A DNA stretch of 64,000 nt from an uncultured bacterium (GCA_963978095.1 CAXBQP010000001.1:1-64000); one strand, 5' to 3'; counted from the first letter of the stretch, positions 37,882 to 48,149 are shown. Notes: generated by a model not told the origin, from the letters alone. Numbers and translations are program-made.

Positions 37882-39126
37882 ATGAAGTTCTTCGAAGCCG
37901 TCCGCCTTGCCTTCCACACCATCCGCGTCCAGAAGCTCAAGAGCTTCTTCACGGCGCTGGGCGTCTGCATCGGCGTGATGTTCCTCATCACCGTCGTGTC
38001 GATCGTCGAGGGGATGGGCAAGTACATGGAGAACGAACTGGTCGGCAAGCTGATCGCCATCAACTCGTTCGAGTTGCGTCACCGGCCCAGCATCAATGTC
38101 GGCGACGTCTCGCGCGCCACCTGGCTGGAATACAACCGTCGCCCCCGGATTCTCGAGAGCGACGTCGAGCCGGTGGTGGCGGCGCTTCCCCCGGACGCGC
38201 TCTGGGCGATGTACTCCAACAGCAACATCCAGGTCGAGTCGAGCTTCGGCAAGCCGCGCTCGGCGCAGGTCACGGCGTTCGACGGCCAATACCTTGAAAT
38301 CAAGAAGCTCGGCGTCACCACGGGACGCAGCTTCTCGCAGGTCGACATCACCACGGGGGCGTCCGTCGTCGTGATCGGGCCGGACCTCGCCAAACGGCTC
38401 TTCCCCGACCTCAACGCGGTGGACCGGCAAGTCAAGATCGGCGGCCGTTTCTACACGGTGATCGGCGTCGGAGAGTCGCTCGGCAGCGCCTTCGGCATGT
38501 CGTTCGACAACTACGTCTACGCCCCGTTCCGCTCTCCGGTGCACCGTTTGCTGAATCCCGGGGCGCACCAGATCGACGGCCTCATCGTCCAGGTCGCCAC
38601 TGCCGAAGCGCTGCCCGACGCCCAGGAAGCGGTCCGCGGCGTCATGCGCGCGCGGCACCAGCTCCGTCCGGCACAGAAGGACAACTTCGTGCTCGAGACC
38701 TCGGATACCGCGCTCGAGTTCTGGAACAAGATCAAGAGCTATCTCGTGCTCGCCGGGATCGCCCTGCCAGCGATCGGTCTCGTGGTGGGCGCGATCGTGA
38801 TCATGAACATCATGCTGGTGGCGGTCGCGGAACGCACGCACGAGATCGGCATTCGCAAGGCGCTCGGGGCCAAACGCCGGGACATCCTGCTCCAGTTCAT
38901 GATCGAGGCCTCGACGTTGAGCACCTTCGGGGCCGCCATGGGGATCGCGCTCGGCGCACTCGGCGCCTACGCCATTCGCACGATGACACCGATGCCGACG
39001 TATGTCGCCCCGTGGTCCATCGTGGTCGGCGTGCTCATCGGCGCAGGGGTCGGGATCATCTCCGGCGTCTATCCCGCCAGCCGTGCGTCGTTGCTCGACC
39101 CTGTCACCGCACTCCGGCAGGAGTAG
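37882..39126 (+). CDS. MacB/FtsX-like ABC permease (type A, copy 1)
   Basis: KLKSFFT; IVIMNIMLVAVAERTHEIGIRKALGA; DPVTALRQE. Confidence 0.94.
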   Translation: MKFFEAVRLAFHTIRVQKLKSFFTALGVCIGVMFLITVVSIVEGMGKYMENELVGKLIAINSFELRHRPSINVGDVSRATWLEYNRRPRILESDVEPVVAALPPDALWAMYSNSNIQVESSFGKPRSAQVTAFDGQYLEIKKLGVTTGRSFSQVDITTGASVVVIGPDLAKRLFPDLNAVDRQVKIGGRFYTVIGVGESLGSAFGMSFDNYVYAPFRSPVHRLLNPGAHQIDGLIVQVATAEALPDAQEAVRGVMRARHQLRPAQKDNFVLETSDTALEFWNKIKSYLVLAGIALPAIGLVVGAIVIMNIMLVAVAERTHEIGIRKALGAKRRDILLQFMIEASTLSTFGAAMGIALGALGAYAIRTMTPMPTYVAPWSIVVGVLIGAGVGIISGVYPASRASLLDPVTALRQE

Positions 39127-39129
39127 CCC

Positions 39130-40410
39130 ATGCGATTCATCGACAAGCTGAAGATGTCGCTCGAGGGGGTGGGCATCGCCATCGATGCGATGCGTCAGAA
39201 CAAGGTCCGGGCCGGCCTCACGATTCTCGGGGTGGCGGTCGGTGTGTTCGTCGTGGTCGTGATTGCGGCGGCGGTGCATGGCATCAACGAGAGCGTCGCG
39301 AAGCAGTTCGAATCCGCGGGCCCCACAACCTTTTTCGTGCAACGACGGCCGATCGTCTTCGAAGCCTGCGACGGCACCGGCGACACGTGCAAGTGGCGCT
39401 CCAATCCGCCCCTGCTCTTCAGCGAAGCGGAGGTGCTCAAGAAGCTCGAGTCCGTCGGCGAGGTTGGCATCCGTCAGGGCTGGGGCGCCGCGGCAAAGTT
39501 CCGCGACAAGGCGTTGCCGAATGTGAGCGTCATGGGGATCACCGCCAATTGGCCGCAGTTGAACCCACCCAACATGATCGACGGGCGCGTCTTCACCGAG
39601 CAGGAGGCGCGCAGTGCCGCTCGGGTGGTGGTGATCAACACCACCGCCAAGGATCGCCTCTTCGGCGAAGAGGACGCCATGGGGAAGGAGATCACGCTGA
39701 CCGCACTTGCCGGTCCGCAGGGCACCAATCGCGGCGGCCCCTTCACCGTGATCGGCGTGTACAAGGACGACGCGAGCTTCCTGCAGGGGGGGGAGCGTCC
39801 GTCCATCGTCACTTCCGTGTATGCCCTCTCGCGACGGCTCGGTGCTCAGCCGCAGTGGATGTCGTTCGTCATCAAGCCCGCCGCCAACGCATCGCAAGCG
39901 CAGGCGCTCGACGATGTCACCGCCGCGCTGCGCGGAGCACGCGGGCTGCGGCCGGGGCGCGAATCGAACTTCGCGGTCGTGACGCAAGACAAACTCTTCG
40001 ACGTCTACAACAAGGTCTTCGGGATCTTCTTCCTCGTCATGATCTCGCTCTCCTCCGTGGGATTGCTCGTTGGCGGCGTTGGCGTGGTGGCCATCATGAT
40101 GATCTCGGTCACCGAGCGCACCCGCGAAATCGGGGTGCGGAAAGCGCTGGGCGCCACGCGCGGCGTGATCCTCTGGCAGTTCCTGGTGGAGGCGATCACG
40201 CTCACCGCCACCGGCGCCCTGATCGGGCTCGGCTTGGGGACCGTGGTCGCGATGCTCGTGAAAGCGTACACGCCGGTCGCGGCCTCGGTGCCGCCGTTGG
40301 CCGTCGCCGCCGCGTTGGGGTCGAGTGCGCTCACCGGGATCCTGTTCGGCATGCTCCCCGCCCTGCGGGCGTCACGCCTCGACCCCGTCGCCGCCTTGCG
40401 GCACGAGTGA
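39130..40410 (+). CDS. MacB/FtsX-like ABC permease (type B, copy 1)
   Basis: NKVRAGLTILGV; AGPTTFFV; GVVAIMMISVTERTREIGVRKALGATR. Confidence 0.94.
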   Translation: MRFIDKLKMSLEGVGIAIDAMRQNKVRAGLTILGVAVGVFVVVVIAAAVHGINESVAKQFESAGPTTFFVQRRPIVFEACDGTGDTCKWRSNPPLLFSEAEVLKKLESVGEVGIRQGWGAAAKFRDKALPNVSVMGITANWPQLNPPNMIDGRVFTEQEARSAARVVVINTTAKDRLFGEEDAMGKEITLTALAGPQGTNRGGPFTVIGVYKDDASFLQGGERPSIVTSVYALSRRLGAQPQWMSFVIKPAANASQAQALDDVTAALRGARGLRPGRESNFAVVTQDKLFDVYNKVFGIFFLVMISLSSVGLLVGGVGVVAIMMISVTERTREIGVRKALGATRGVILWQFLVEAITLTATGALIGLGLGTVVAMLVKAYTPVAASVPPLAVAAALGSSALTGILFGMLPALRASRLDPVAALRHE

Positions 40411-40477
40411 CCCCGCGCCTCGAGGAGCGCCGCGACCGGACGCCGGCGCCGCTGGTCCGTGACCCGCATCACCGCGC

Positions 40478-41719
40478 ATGACGTTCGGAGACATCGTCGC
40501 CGTCGCGCTCGACCAGATCTGGAACAACAAGCTCCGGAGCTTCTTCACGCTCCTCGGGATCATCGTGTCGGTCGCATTCCTCGTGGCGGTGGTCGCGATC
40601 ATCCAGGGGATGAACGCTTACGTGAAGGAGAACATCGCCGGCGCCGTGATCGGCACCAACGCCTTCCAGGTCCGGCGCACTCCGATCCAGATCGGGTTCT
40701 TCGACGACGAGATGTGGGCTCGCGTCGCGCGACGTCCGCGCCTCAGCGTGAGCGACGCCGAGGCCGTGCGCGCGGCGCTCCCGGACGCCGCGGCGGTCGC
40801 CATGACCACGGGATGGCCGTCCCCGCTAACGGACGTGGACTGGCGGGGACGCGTGATCGGGGATGTCACGGTCTTCGGCGTCACCCCGCCGTATCAGGAG
40901 GTGCAAGACTACAAGATTGAACGGGGGCGCCCGCTCCTCGACACCGACATCACGCAGCGCCGTGCCGTCGTCGTCCTCGGCTATGACGTGGCGAGCAAGT
41001 TGTTCGAGTCCGTGAGTCCGATCGGGCAGGAGGTGAAACTCGGCGGCGACAAGTTCGAGGTCGTCGGCGTCATCGCACCCAAGGGGCGGGTGCTGGGGCA
41101 GTCCTTCGATGCCTTCGCGCTGATCCCGTTCACACGGTACGAAATGCTCTATGGCCGACGTCTCACGACCACCGTCTCGGTCAAAATGCCGGACGCCAAG
41201 GACGTCGCCCCGGCCATGCAACGGGCCGAGGAAGCCATGCGGCTCGCACATCATCTCCGCCCCACCCAAGCGAACAATTTCTCGATCGAGACGGCCGACG
41301 CGTTGGTGGATTTCTGGAAGCAACTCACCGCCGTGCTCTTCAGCGTCATTCCGGCGGTCGTGGCGATCGGCGTTGTGGTCGGCGGGATCGTGATCATGAA
41401 CATCATGCTGATGGCCGTGACTGAACGCACGCGGGAAATCGGGATTCGCAAGGCCGTTGGCGCGCGCGCCCAGGACATCGAGCGCCAGTTCCTGGCCGAG
41501 GCCGTCGTACTCGCGATCACCGGGGGAATCCTCGGGGTCGCGCTGGGATGGGGCTTCGCCGAGCTCGTGGCCACGGCATCACCGCTCCCCGCGCGGATCA
41601 CCGGATGGAGCGTCATGCTCGCGGTGTCGCTCGGAGCCGGCGTCGGCGTCATCTTCGGCGTTTTTCCTGCGCGGCGCGCGGCCAGGCTCGATCCGATCAC
41701 GGCGCTGCGGGCGGAATGA
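40478..41719 (+). CDS. MacB/FtsX-like ABC permease (type A, copy 2)
   Basis: NKLRSFFT; IVIMNIMLMAVTERTREIGIRKAVGA; DPITALRAE. Confidence 0.94.
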   Translation: MTFGDIVAVALDQIWNNKLRSFFTLLGIIVSVAFLVAVVAIIQGMNAYVKENIAGAVIGTNAFQVRRTPIQIGFFDDEMWARVARRPRLSVSDAEAVRAALPDAAAVAMTTGWPSPLTDVDWRGRVIGDVTVFGVTPPYQEVQDYKIERGRPLLDTDITQRRAVVVLGYDVASKLFESVSPIGQEVKLGGDKFEVVGVIAPKGRVLGQSFDAFALIPFTRYEMLYGRRLTTTVSVKMPDAKDVAPAMQRAEEAMRLAHHLRPTQANNFSIETADALVDFWKQLTAVLFSVIPAVVAIGVVVGGIVIMNIMLMAVTERTREIGIRKAVGARAQDIERQFLAEAVVLAITGGILGVALGWGFAELVATASPLPARITGWSVMLAVSLGAGVGVIFGVFPARRAARLDPITALRAE

Positions 41720-42972
41720 GAAGGCCGCGCCTGAACCTCGACCAGCTGCGCGAGAACTTCGGCATCGCGATCGACACGCTGCGGGTCAACAAGTTGCGGT
41801 CGGGGCTCACCATACTCGGGGTGGTCATCGGAGTGGCCACCGTCATGACCATGGCGACCATCGTGCAGGGGATCCGCGACCAGATCATCCACACGATCGA
41901 AGTCGCGGGACCGAGCACCTTCTACGTGCTCAAGATCTTCTCGAGCACTCCCGTGAATCCGGAACGCCTCCCGAAGTACATTCGCGTTCGACCGGATCTG
42001 ACCGTCGCCGAGGCACAGCGCGTGGCCGCGCTCCCCGAGATCGCCTATGCCGGCCTCTGGGCGCAGACCCAAGCTCGACTCGAGTACAAGGGGAATCGGA
42101 CGCGCCCCCTGGCCGTCTTTGGCGCTGACGACCGGTACCAGGAGATCCAGGGAGGGGAGCTGTCCCAAGGCCGTTGGTTCACGAAGGCGGAACTCAAGAC
42201 CGGTGCTGCGGTGGTGGTGCTGCAGGAGAAGCACGCGCGGCAGTTGTTCGGCCGCGAGTCGCCGCTCGACAAGACCGTGCTGGTCGGCGGGCGTCCGGTG
42301 ACCGTGATCGGCCTGTATCAGGAGCCCGCCAACATCTTTGCCCCTCCGGGCGCAGACGTCGGCGCAATCCTGACGTACGAGTTCACCGACCACGGATACC
42401 GCGTGGACAAGACCAACGCGCTCTGGATTCCCGTGAAGCCCCGGGCCGGGGTGACGGCGGTGGCCGCGCAAGAGGCGGTGACGGTCGCGCTCCGGGAGAT
42501 GCGGCGACTCCGGCCGGCCGACAAGAACAACTTCGACCTTGTCAGCCAAGATCAGATTCTCACCACCTTCACCTCGATCACGGACATCTTCTTTCTGGTG
42601 ATGATCGTGCTCGCGTCGGTCGCGCTGCTGGTCGGCGGGATCGGCGTCATGGCCATCATGATGGTCTCCGTCACCGCACGGACGCGCGAGATCGGGGTGC
42701 GAAAAGCCTTGGGTGCCACCCGCCGCGACATTCTGCTGCAGTTTCTCGTCGAGGCCGCCACCCTGACCGGACTTGGCGGGCTCCTCGGCATTCTGGTCGG
42801 CCTCGCGATGGGGCGGCTCGCGACCGTCCTGCTCAACATCCAGGCGGACACCCCGACCGGACTCACGGCGATCGCCGTGGTGGTTTCCGTCGGCATCGGG
42901 CTCGTATTCGGGGTGGTCCCGGCCAGGCGTGCAGCCCGCCTGGACCCCATCGAAGCCCTCCGCTACGAATAG
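41716..42972 (+). CDS. MacB/FtsX-like ABC permease (type B, copy 2)
   Basis: NKLRSGLTILGV; AGPSTFYV; GVMAIMMVSVTARTREIGVRKALGATR; ATGA overlap with the previous gene. Confidence 0.94.
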   Translation: MRRPRLNLDQLRENFGIAIDTLRVNKLRSGLTILGVVIGVATVMTMATIVQGIRDQIIHTIEVAGPSTFYVLKIFSSTPVNPERLPKYIRVRPDLTVAEAQRVAALPEIAYAGLWAQTQARLEYKGNRTRPLAVFGADDRYQEIQGGELSQGRWFTKAELKTGAAVVVLQEKHARQLFGRESPLDKTVLVGGRPVTVIGLYQEPANIFAPPGADVGAILTYEFTDHGYRVDKTNALWIPVKPRAGVTAVAAQEAVTVALREMRRLRPADKNNFDLVSQDQILTTFTSITDIFFLVMIVLASVALLVGGIGVMAIMMVSVTARTREIGVRKALGATRRDILLQFLVEAATLTGLGGLLGILVGLAMGRLATVLLNIQADTPTGLTAIAVVVSVGIGLVFGVVPARRAARLDPIEALRYE

Positions 42973-43154
42973 CCGGCCCGTGGCGGGATGGCGGCACCTC
43001 CTGCCAGATTCCGGGTACGAGAATACCGAGGACGTTCCGCACGGCCCCCCGACGACTGGGGCAGACCTCCTAACGAACGCAGGGGGATAGTCGTATTAAT
43101 AGGGCTGGCGGTCAGTCGACCGTCCCCCTCAACCGAATTCGGAGGAGTTTGCAC

Positions 43155-43550
43155 ATGCGTAAGATGCTTGCGGCAGCAGCGATGGTGGTGGTGATGGCCG
43201 GTACGGCAGCGGCCCAGGGCGGCGGCATGGGTGGCGGCGGCGGCCGCGGCGCGATGAGCCCGGAGCAGATGCAGGCCATGATGGAGCAGCAGGTCAACAC
43301 GATGTTCAAGGACATCACGATCACGGACGACCAGAAGAAGGCCGCGATCGGCATCATCACGGCGGCCCAGGCGGCCAACCGCGGCATCGACCGTCAGGCG
43401 CCGGACGCGCAGGAGCAGCGCGCCAAGGTGACGACGAAGCGCAACGAAGACCTCGCCGCGCTCCTCAAGAGCGATGCCGACAAGGCCAAGCTCGCCGAGA
43501 ACATCAAGAACATGCCGCAGGGTCGCGGTCGCGGCCCGGGCGCGCTCTAA
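43155..43550 (+). CDS. small secreted helical protein (Spy/CpxP-like composition)
   Basis: GGAGGAG SD, signal peptide, Gly-rich linker, Q/K/E-rich helices. Confidence 0.8.
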   Translation: MRKMLAAAAMVVVMAGTAAAQGGGMGGGGGRGAMSPEQMQAMMEQQVNTMFKDITITDDQKKAAIGIITAAQAANRGIDRQAPDAQEQRAKVTTKRNEDLAALLKSDADKAKLAENIKNMPQGRGRGPGAL

Positions 43551-43571
43551 GCAAGCCCGCTGTAGATGGAC

Positions 43572-43605
43572 CGAAGGGGGAGCGGCCACGGCTGCTCCCC
43601 CTTCG
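43572..43605. terminator. strong hairpin between convergent genes
   Basis: CGAAGGGGGAGCGGCC-ac-GGCTGCTCCCCCTTCG near-perfect inverted repeat. Confidence 0.75.
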
Positions 43606-43630
43606 TGCATCCCCCCACCACCGCCTGACG

Positions 43631-44440
43631 CTATTTGCCCTCGGCGATCGCCTTGGCCGCCACCCGGTCGACCAGACCGGGCAGGAGCAGCTTCAGCCAG
43701 ACGCCGAACTTCCCGCGGGCCGTCATCACCAGCTCACGTTTCCGGGCTGCCGCGGCCGCCACGCAGCGCGCGGCGCAGTCCTCGGCGGTCATCGCGTCCT
43801 GCATGCGGATGGGGACCACTCCGAGCGGCTGTCCCGTCGCGCTCAGGTTGCGCCCCTGAGCGCCCGTCGCGACAAAGCCGGGATGCACCATCGTGATCGT
43901 CACCCCCGTTCCAGCAAGTTCGATCCGCAGCGAGTCGAAGAACCCGCCCATCGCATGCTTGCTCGCCGCATAGCCACTCCGGAGCGGCACGCCGGTGCGC
44001 CCCGCAAGACTCGACACGCAGAGGATCCGCCCTCGCGACACCTTGAGGTATGGGAGCGCCGCATGGGTGCAGTAGACAGCCCCGAGGTAGTTCACCCGGA
44101 GGACGCGCTCGAAGATCGTCAGGTCCCGCACCTCATCCACACGCGACCACATGCCGAGTCCGGCATTGTTCACCAGCAGGTCGATCCGCTCGTACGCGGC
44201 CACCGCCCGGTCGATGAGTGCCGCACACGCTGCCGGGTCGGTCACGTCGGTCGGCACAACGAGGACATCCGCCGCGCCCGCCGCGCGGCAGGCACGGGCG
44301 ACCCGATCCAGCTCATCGGCTCGGCGTGCCGCCAACACCAAGCGCGCGCCCTGCGCGGAGAGCTGAAGGGCGATGGCCTCCCCGATGCCGTGCGACGCGC
44401 CGGTCAGCACCGCCGCCGCGCCGCGGAATGCGTGAATCAT
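43631..44440 (-). CDS. SDR family oxidoreductase
   Basis: TGASHGIG, LVNNAG, VSS, YAASK, PGFV. Confidence 0.93.
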   Translation of the reverse strand: MIHAFRGAAAVLTGASHGIGEAIALQLSAQGARLVLAARRADELDRVARACRAAGAADVLVVPTDVTDPAACAALIDRAVAAYERIDLLVNNAGLGMWSRVDEVRDLTIFERVLRVNYLGAVYCTHAALPYLKVSRGRILCVSSLAGRTGVPLRSGYAASKHAMGGFFDSLRIELAGTGVTITMVHPGFVATGAQGRNLSATGQPLGVVPIRMQDAMTAEDCAARCVAAAAARKRELVMTARGKFGVWLKLLLPGLVDRVAAKAIAEGK

Positions 44441-44462
44441 GACATCCCTGCCGCTGCCCGAA

Positions 44463-44861
44463 TCACGGGCGGGCCCCACGGGACTCATCGACCGCGCCGA
44501 TCGCCTGCACTTCGATCTGGTAGCCGAAGTGCAGCGCGTTCACCGGAACGACCGCGCGCGCCGGACGATGCTCTCCCATCACGGCGGCGTACACGGCGTT
44601 GACGCGCCCCCAGAGCGACATGTCCGAGATGTAGATCGTCATCTGGCAGACCCGTGCAAGGGAACTGCCCGAGGCCTCGAGGATGGCACCGACGTTCCGG
44701 AGCACCTGCTCGGTCTGCACTTCGATCGTCCCGACCGTGTGCGTGGTCTGGCCAGGAACGATCGGAAGCTGGCCGGCCACGAATACCAGTCCCCCGTGGA
44801 CAATGGCCTGCGAGTAGTGCCCGCCCGCTGCGGGTGCGTGTGGCGTGCTGATGCTGTGCAT
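44463..44861 (-). CDS. RidA/YjgF family protein
   Basis: GHYSQAI, VFVAGQLP, QTEQVLRN, RPARAVV, IEVQAI. Confidence 0.92.
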   Translation of the reverse strand: MHSISTPHAPAAGGHYSQAIVHGGLVFVAGQLPIVPGQTTHTVGTIEVQTEQVLRNVGAILEASGSSLARVCQMTIYISDMSLWGRVNAVYAAVMGEHRPARAVVPVNALHFGYQIEVQAIGAVDESRGARP

Positions 44862-44983
44862 GGTCGTCGTTCCGATAGAAGATGTCGCAAGAATCGAAGT
44901 TCCCGAAACATGGGGGCTGGTTCGGTCGCTCGCACCGGGGCGCCCCGCCCCCGCTCGGCTCTCGGGGGCCTTATCTTTCATCG

Positions 44984-45703
44984 ATGACCACTGTTGACGT
45001 ACTGGCGATCGCCGCGCATCGCGACGACGTTGAGCTGACCTGCGGCGGCACCATGGCCAAGCTGGCCCGCCAGGGGCACACGACCGGCATCCTGGACCTC
45101 ACCCAGGGGGAGATGGGAAGTCGCGGGTCGGCGCAGATACGCGCCAAGGAAGCGTCCGTCGCCGCGTCGGTGCTGGGGGTGACGCTTCGTGAGAATCTCG
45201 AACTCCCCGATGCCGGGATCGTCAACACCCCGGAGACCCGCCTCCTCCTCGCCAAGGTCATTCGGAGGACGCGTCCCAGAATCGTGATCGCCCCGGCACC
45301 TCGGGGGCGCCACCCGGATCATCGCGTCGCCGCGCAACTGATCCGCGATGCCTGCTTCCTGGCCGGCCTCAAGAAACTCGACGCCGAGCACGCACCACAC
45401 CGACCGCTGAAGGTCATTCACAGCGTCACGTTCCGGGAGGATCAGGTCAAGCCCAGCTTCGTCGTGGACATCACCGACGAGTTCGAGACCAAGCTCAAGG
45501 CCATTCGCTGCTATGCCTCGCAGTTCGACGGGCTGACGCAGGCCGGCGAAGTCTATCCCAACGGGGAACCGCTGTACGACATCATCCGGCACCAATCGGC
45601 GCACTACGGGTCGCTCATCCGGTGCCGGTATGGCGAACCCTTCTTCACCTATGAAACCCAGCGCGTGGACGACATCACGACGCTGGACGTCTCCACCTTC
45701 TGA
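44984..45703 (+). CDS. bshB1: bacillithiol biosynthesis deacetylase BshB1 (PIG-L family)
   Basis: AHRDDVELTCGG, DLTQGEMGSRG, RHPDH, ACFLAGL, YASQF, YGEPF. Confidence 0.85.
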   Translation: MTTVDVLAIAAHRDDVELTCGGTMAKLARQGHTTGILDLTQGEMGSRGSAQIRAKEASVAASVLGVTLRENLELPDAGIVNTPETRLLLAKVIRRTRPRIVIAPAPRGRHPDHRVAAQLIRDACFLAGLKKLDAEHAPHRPLKVIHSVTFREDQVKPSFVVDITDEFETKLKAIRCYASQFDGLTQAGEVYPNGEPLYDIIRHQSAHYGSLIRCRYGEPFFTYETQRVDDITTLDVSTF

Positions 45704-45759
45704 CGCTCGCGTGGCGCGCGCGTGGTGACGGTCCCCCGAGCGCGCTCTATATTTCCGCC

Positions 45760-46917
45760 ATGAACGAACCGATCTATCTCGATCACGCGGCCACGACGCC
45801 GGTGCGCCCCGAGGTGCTCGCGGCCATGGAGCCGTACTTCGGGGTCCGCTTCGGCAACCCATCCAGCGCGCATCGCTGGGGACGTGAAGCGCGAGCGGCG
45901 CTCGACGAATCCCGCGAGCGCGTCGCCCGTTGCATCGGCGCGCATCCCGACGAGCTCTGCTTCACTTCGGGCGGGACCGAGGGAGACAACCTGGCCATCC
46001 TCGGTGGCTGGCGCGTCCTGAAACCGAAGGGGCGCAACGCGATCGCGACCTCTCCGATCGAGCACAAGGCGGTGCTGGCCTCGGTGCACAAAGCGGCCGC
46101 CGAGGGGGCGGAGGAGCGCCTGCTCGCGGTGGACGCCGCCGGTACGGTCTCCATGGATTCGGCGCGCGACCTGGTGCGGGCGGACACCGCCCTGTGCTCC
46201 GTGATGTGGGTCAACAACGAGATCGGTACCATCCAGCCGATCGAGGCGCTTGCGGCGCACTGCCGATCGGTCGGTGCGATCTTTCATACCGACGCCGTAC
46301 AGGCCTTCGGAAAGGTCGACATCGACGCTCGCAAGGTCCCCTTCGATTTTCTCGCCATCAGCGGCCACAAGATCGGTGCCCCGAAAGGCAGCGGCGCCAT
46401 GTTCATTCGTCGCGGTACGCCGCTCGAACCGCTCTTCTTCGGGGGATCGCAGGACCGCGGTCGTCGGCCGGGCACGGAGAATGTGGCCTACGCCGTCGGA
46501 CTGGCGACTGCCGCCGAGCTCGCGGTCGTCGAACATGCGGCGGAGTGCGCACGCCTGGGGGCGCTGCGCGACCGCCTGGAGGAGGCCATCCTCGCTGCGA
46601 TTCCGGACGCCGTCGTGCACGGACGCGGCGCCCCGCGCGCCACGCACGTGCTCAACGTGAGCATCCCGGGCACCGACAGCGAATCGATGCTGATGGCGCT
46701 CGACCTGCAGGGTGTGGCCGCGAGTGGCGGCTCGGCGTGTCAGAGCGGGAGTGTCGAGCCGTCCCATGTGCTGCGCGCGCTCGGCGTGCGCGCCGACCTC
46801 GCGGGCGCGGCGATCCGCATGAGCGTCGGCGCCCTCACCACGGACGCGGCCATCGACCGCGTGATCCAGCTCTTCCCCGCCCTCGCGCTGAAGGCTCGCG
46901 GACTCTCGGCGGTCTGA
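45760..46917 (+). CDS. iscS: cysteine desulfurase (IscS/NifS class)
   Basis: YLDHAATTP, FGNPSS, TSGGTE, HTDAVQ, SGHKIG, GTEN, GSACQSG. Confidence 0.9.
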   Translation: MNEPIYLDHAATTPVRPEVLAAMEPYFGVRFGNPSSAHRWGREARAALDESRERVARCIGAHPDELCFTSGGTEGDNLAILGGWRVLKPKGRNAIATSPIEHKAVLASVHKAAAEGAEERLLAVDAAGTVSMDSARDLVRADTALCSVMWVNNEIGTIQPIEALAAHCRSVGAIFHTDAVQAFGKVDIDARKVPFDFLAISGHKIGAPKGSGAMFIRRGTPLEPLFFGGSQDRGRRPGTENVAYAVGLATAAELAVVEHAAECARLGALRDRLEEAILAAIPDAVVHGRGAPRATHVLNVSIPGTDSESMLMALDLQGVAASGGSACQSGSVEPSHVLRALGVRADLAGAAIRMSVGALTTDAAIDRVIQLFPALALKARGLSAV

Positions 46918-46921
46918 GACG

Positions 46922-48037
46922 ATGAGGGAGCGGGTGCTGGTCGCGATGAGCGGCGGCGTCGATTCCAGCGTGGCCGCCGCGATGCTCGTGCGCGCCGGCT
47001 ACGACGTGGTGGGCGCCACCATGAAGCTCTATCGCGACGGCGCCGAGGTCCCCGACAAACCCTGCTGCTCGCTCGACAGCGTGAATGACGCCCGTCGCAT
47101 CTGCGAGAAACTCGGCGTGCCGCACTACGTGTTGAACCTGGAGAGCGCGTTCGGCCACGATGTGGTGGACGATTTCGTGAATGAATATGCGAACGGCCGC
47201 ACGCCGATCCCCTGCGTGCGCTGCAATACGTTCACCAAGTTTCGCGACTTGGTCGTGAAGGCCGATGGGATCGACGCGCAGTACGTCGCCACCGGGCACT
47301 ATGCGCGCATCGTGGACGGCCGCTTGCATCGGGGCACCGATGCGAACAAGGACCAGACCTACTTTCTCTGGGGCATCGACCGATCCGCCTTGTCGCGAAT
47401 GCTGCTCCCGATCGGCGAAATGACCAAACCCGAGACCCGGGCCCTCGCGGAGGAGCTCGGGCTGCATTTGGTCGCGCAGAAGCCGGAGAGCCAGGAGATC
47501 TGCTTCGTGCCCGACGGCAACTATGCGGCGATCCTCGAGCAGAAGCTCGGAGCGGACGCCCCATCGCTGGCGAGCGGCCCATTCATCACGCGCGACGGCA
47601 CCGTGATCGGGACACACGACGGCTTCGCCCGCTTCACCATCGGTCAGCGGCGCGGACTGCCAGGCGGTTACGCCGAACCGATGTTCGTGACGGCCATTCG
47701 TCCGGAGGAGCGCGCGGTCGTTGTGGGCCCACGCGAGGAGCTGCTCGGCCGCGGGCTCGTCGTGCGTGCGACCAACTGGCTGGTCTCTCCCGCGCCATCG
47801 GTGGGCGATCGCGTGGGCGTTCGCGTCCGCCATCGGGCGCCGATCGCCGATGCTGAGATCGTCCGCCTCGAGGGGGCGGAGGTCGAACTCGCCCTCGAGG
47901 AACCAGTCTCCGCCATCGCGCCTGGGCAATCGGCCGTGTTCTACGCTGGGGCCGCCGTGCTTGGCGGCGGCGTCATCGAGGCGTCGCGCGGCACCCGACC
48001 GTCGCGCGCCCCCCTCCCCTTGGCCCGAGCAACCTAG
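46922..48037 (+). CDS. mnmA: tRNA 2-thiouridine(34) synthase MnmA
   Basis: AMSGGVDSS, GRTPIPCVRCN, ATGHYAR, KDQTYFL, ESQEICF, TIGQRRGL, PGQSAVFY. Confidence 0.96.
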   Translation: MRERVLVAMSGGVDSSVAAAMLVRAGYDVVGATMKLYRDGAEVPDKPCCSLDSVNDARRICEKLGVPHYVLNLESAFGHDVVDDFVNEYANGRTPIPCVRCNTFTKFRDLVVKADGIDAQYVATGHYARIVDGRLHRGTDANKDQTYFLWGIDRSALSRMLLPIGEMTKPETRALAEELGLHLVAQKPESQEICFVPDGNYAAILEQKLGADAPSLASGPFITRDGTVIGTHDGFARFTIGQRRGLPGGYAEPMFVTAIRPEERAVVVGPREELLGRGLVVRATNWLVSPAPSVGDRVGVRVRHRAPIADAEIVRLEGAEVELALEEPVSAIAPGQSAVFYAGAAVLGGGVIEASRGTRPSRAPLPLARAT

Positions 48038-48149
48038 GCCATGAAGGCGTGTCCCGCGTGCTGAAAATGCTACTGTAAATTATTTATACATTGTTGTTCT
48101 TCTGGTCTGCACGTAGCGTAGCATAGTCAACCGGGGGCTGTACACGCGC

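Noticed and set aside
48070..48100. dif-like site (central TGTATA on the minus strand)
   Set aside because: Both arms match the XerC and XerD consensus poorly, especially TTATGTTAAAT.
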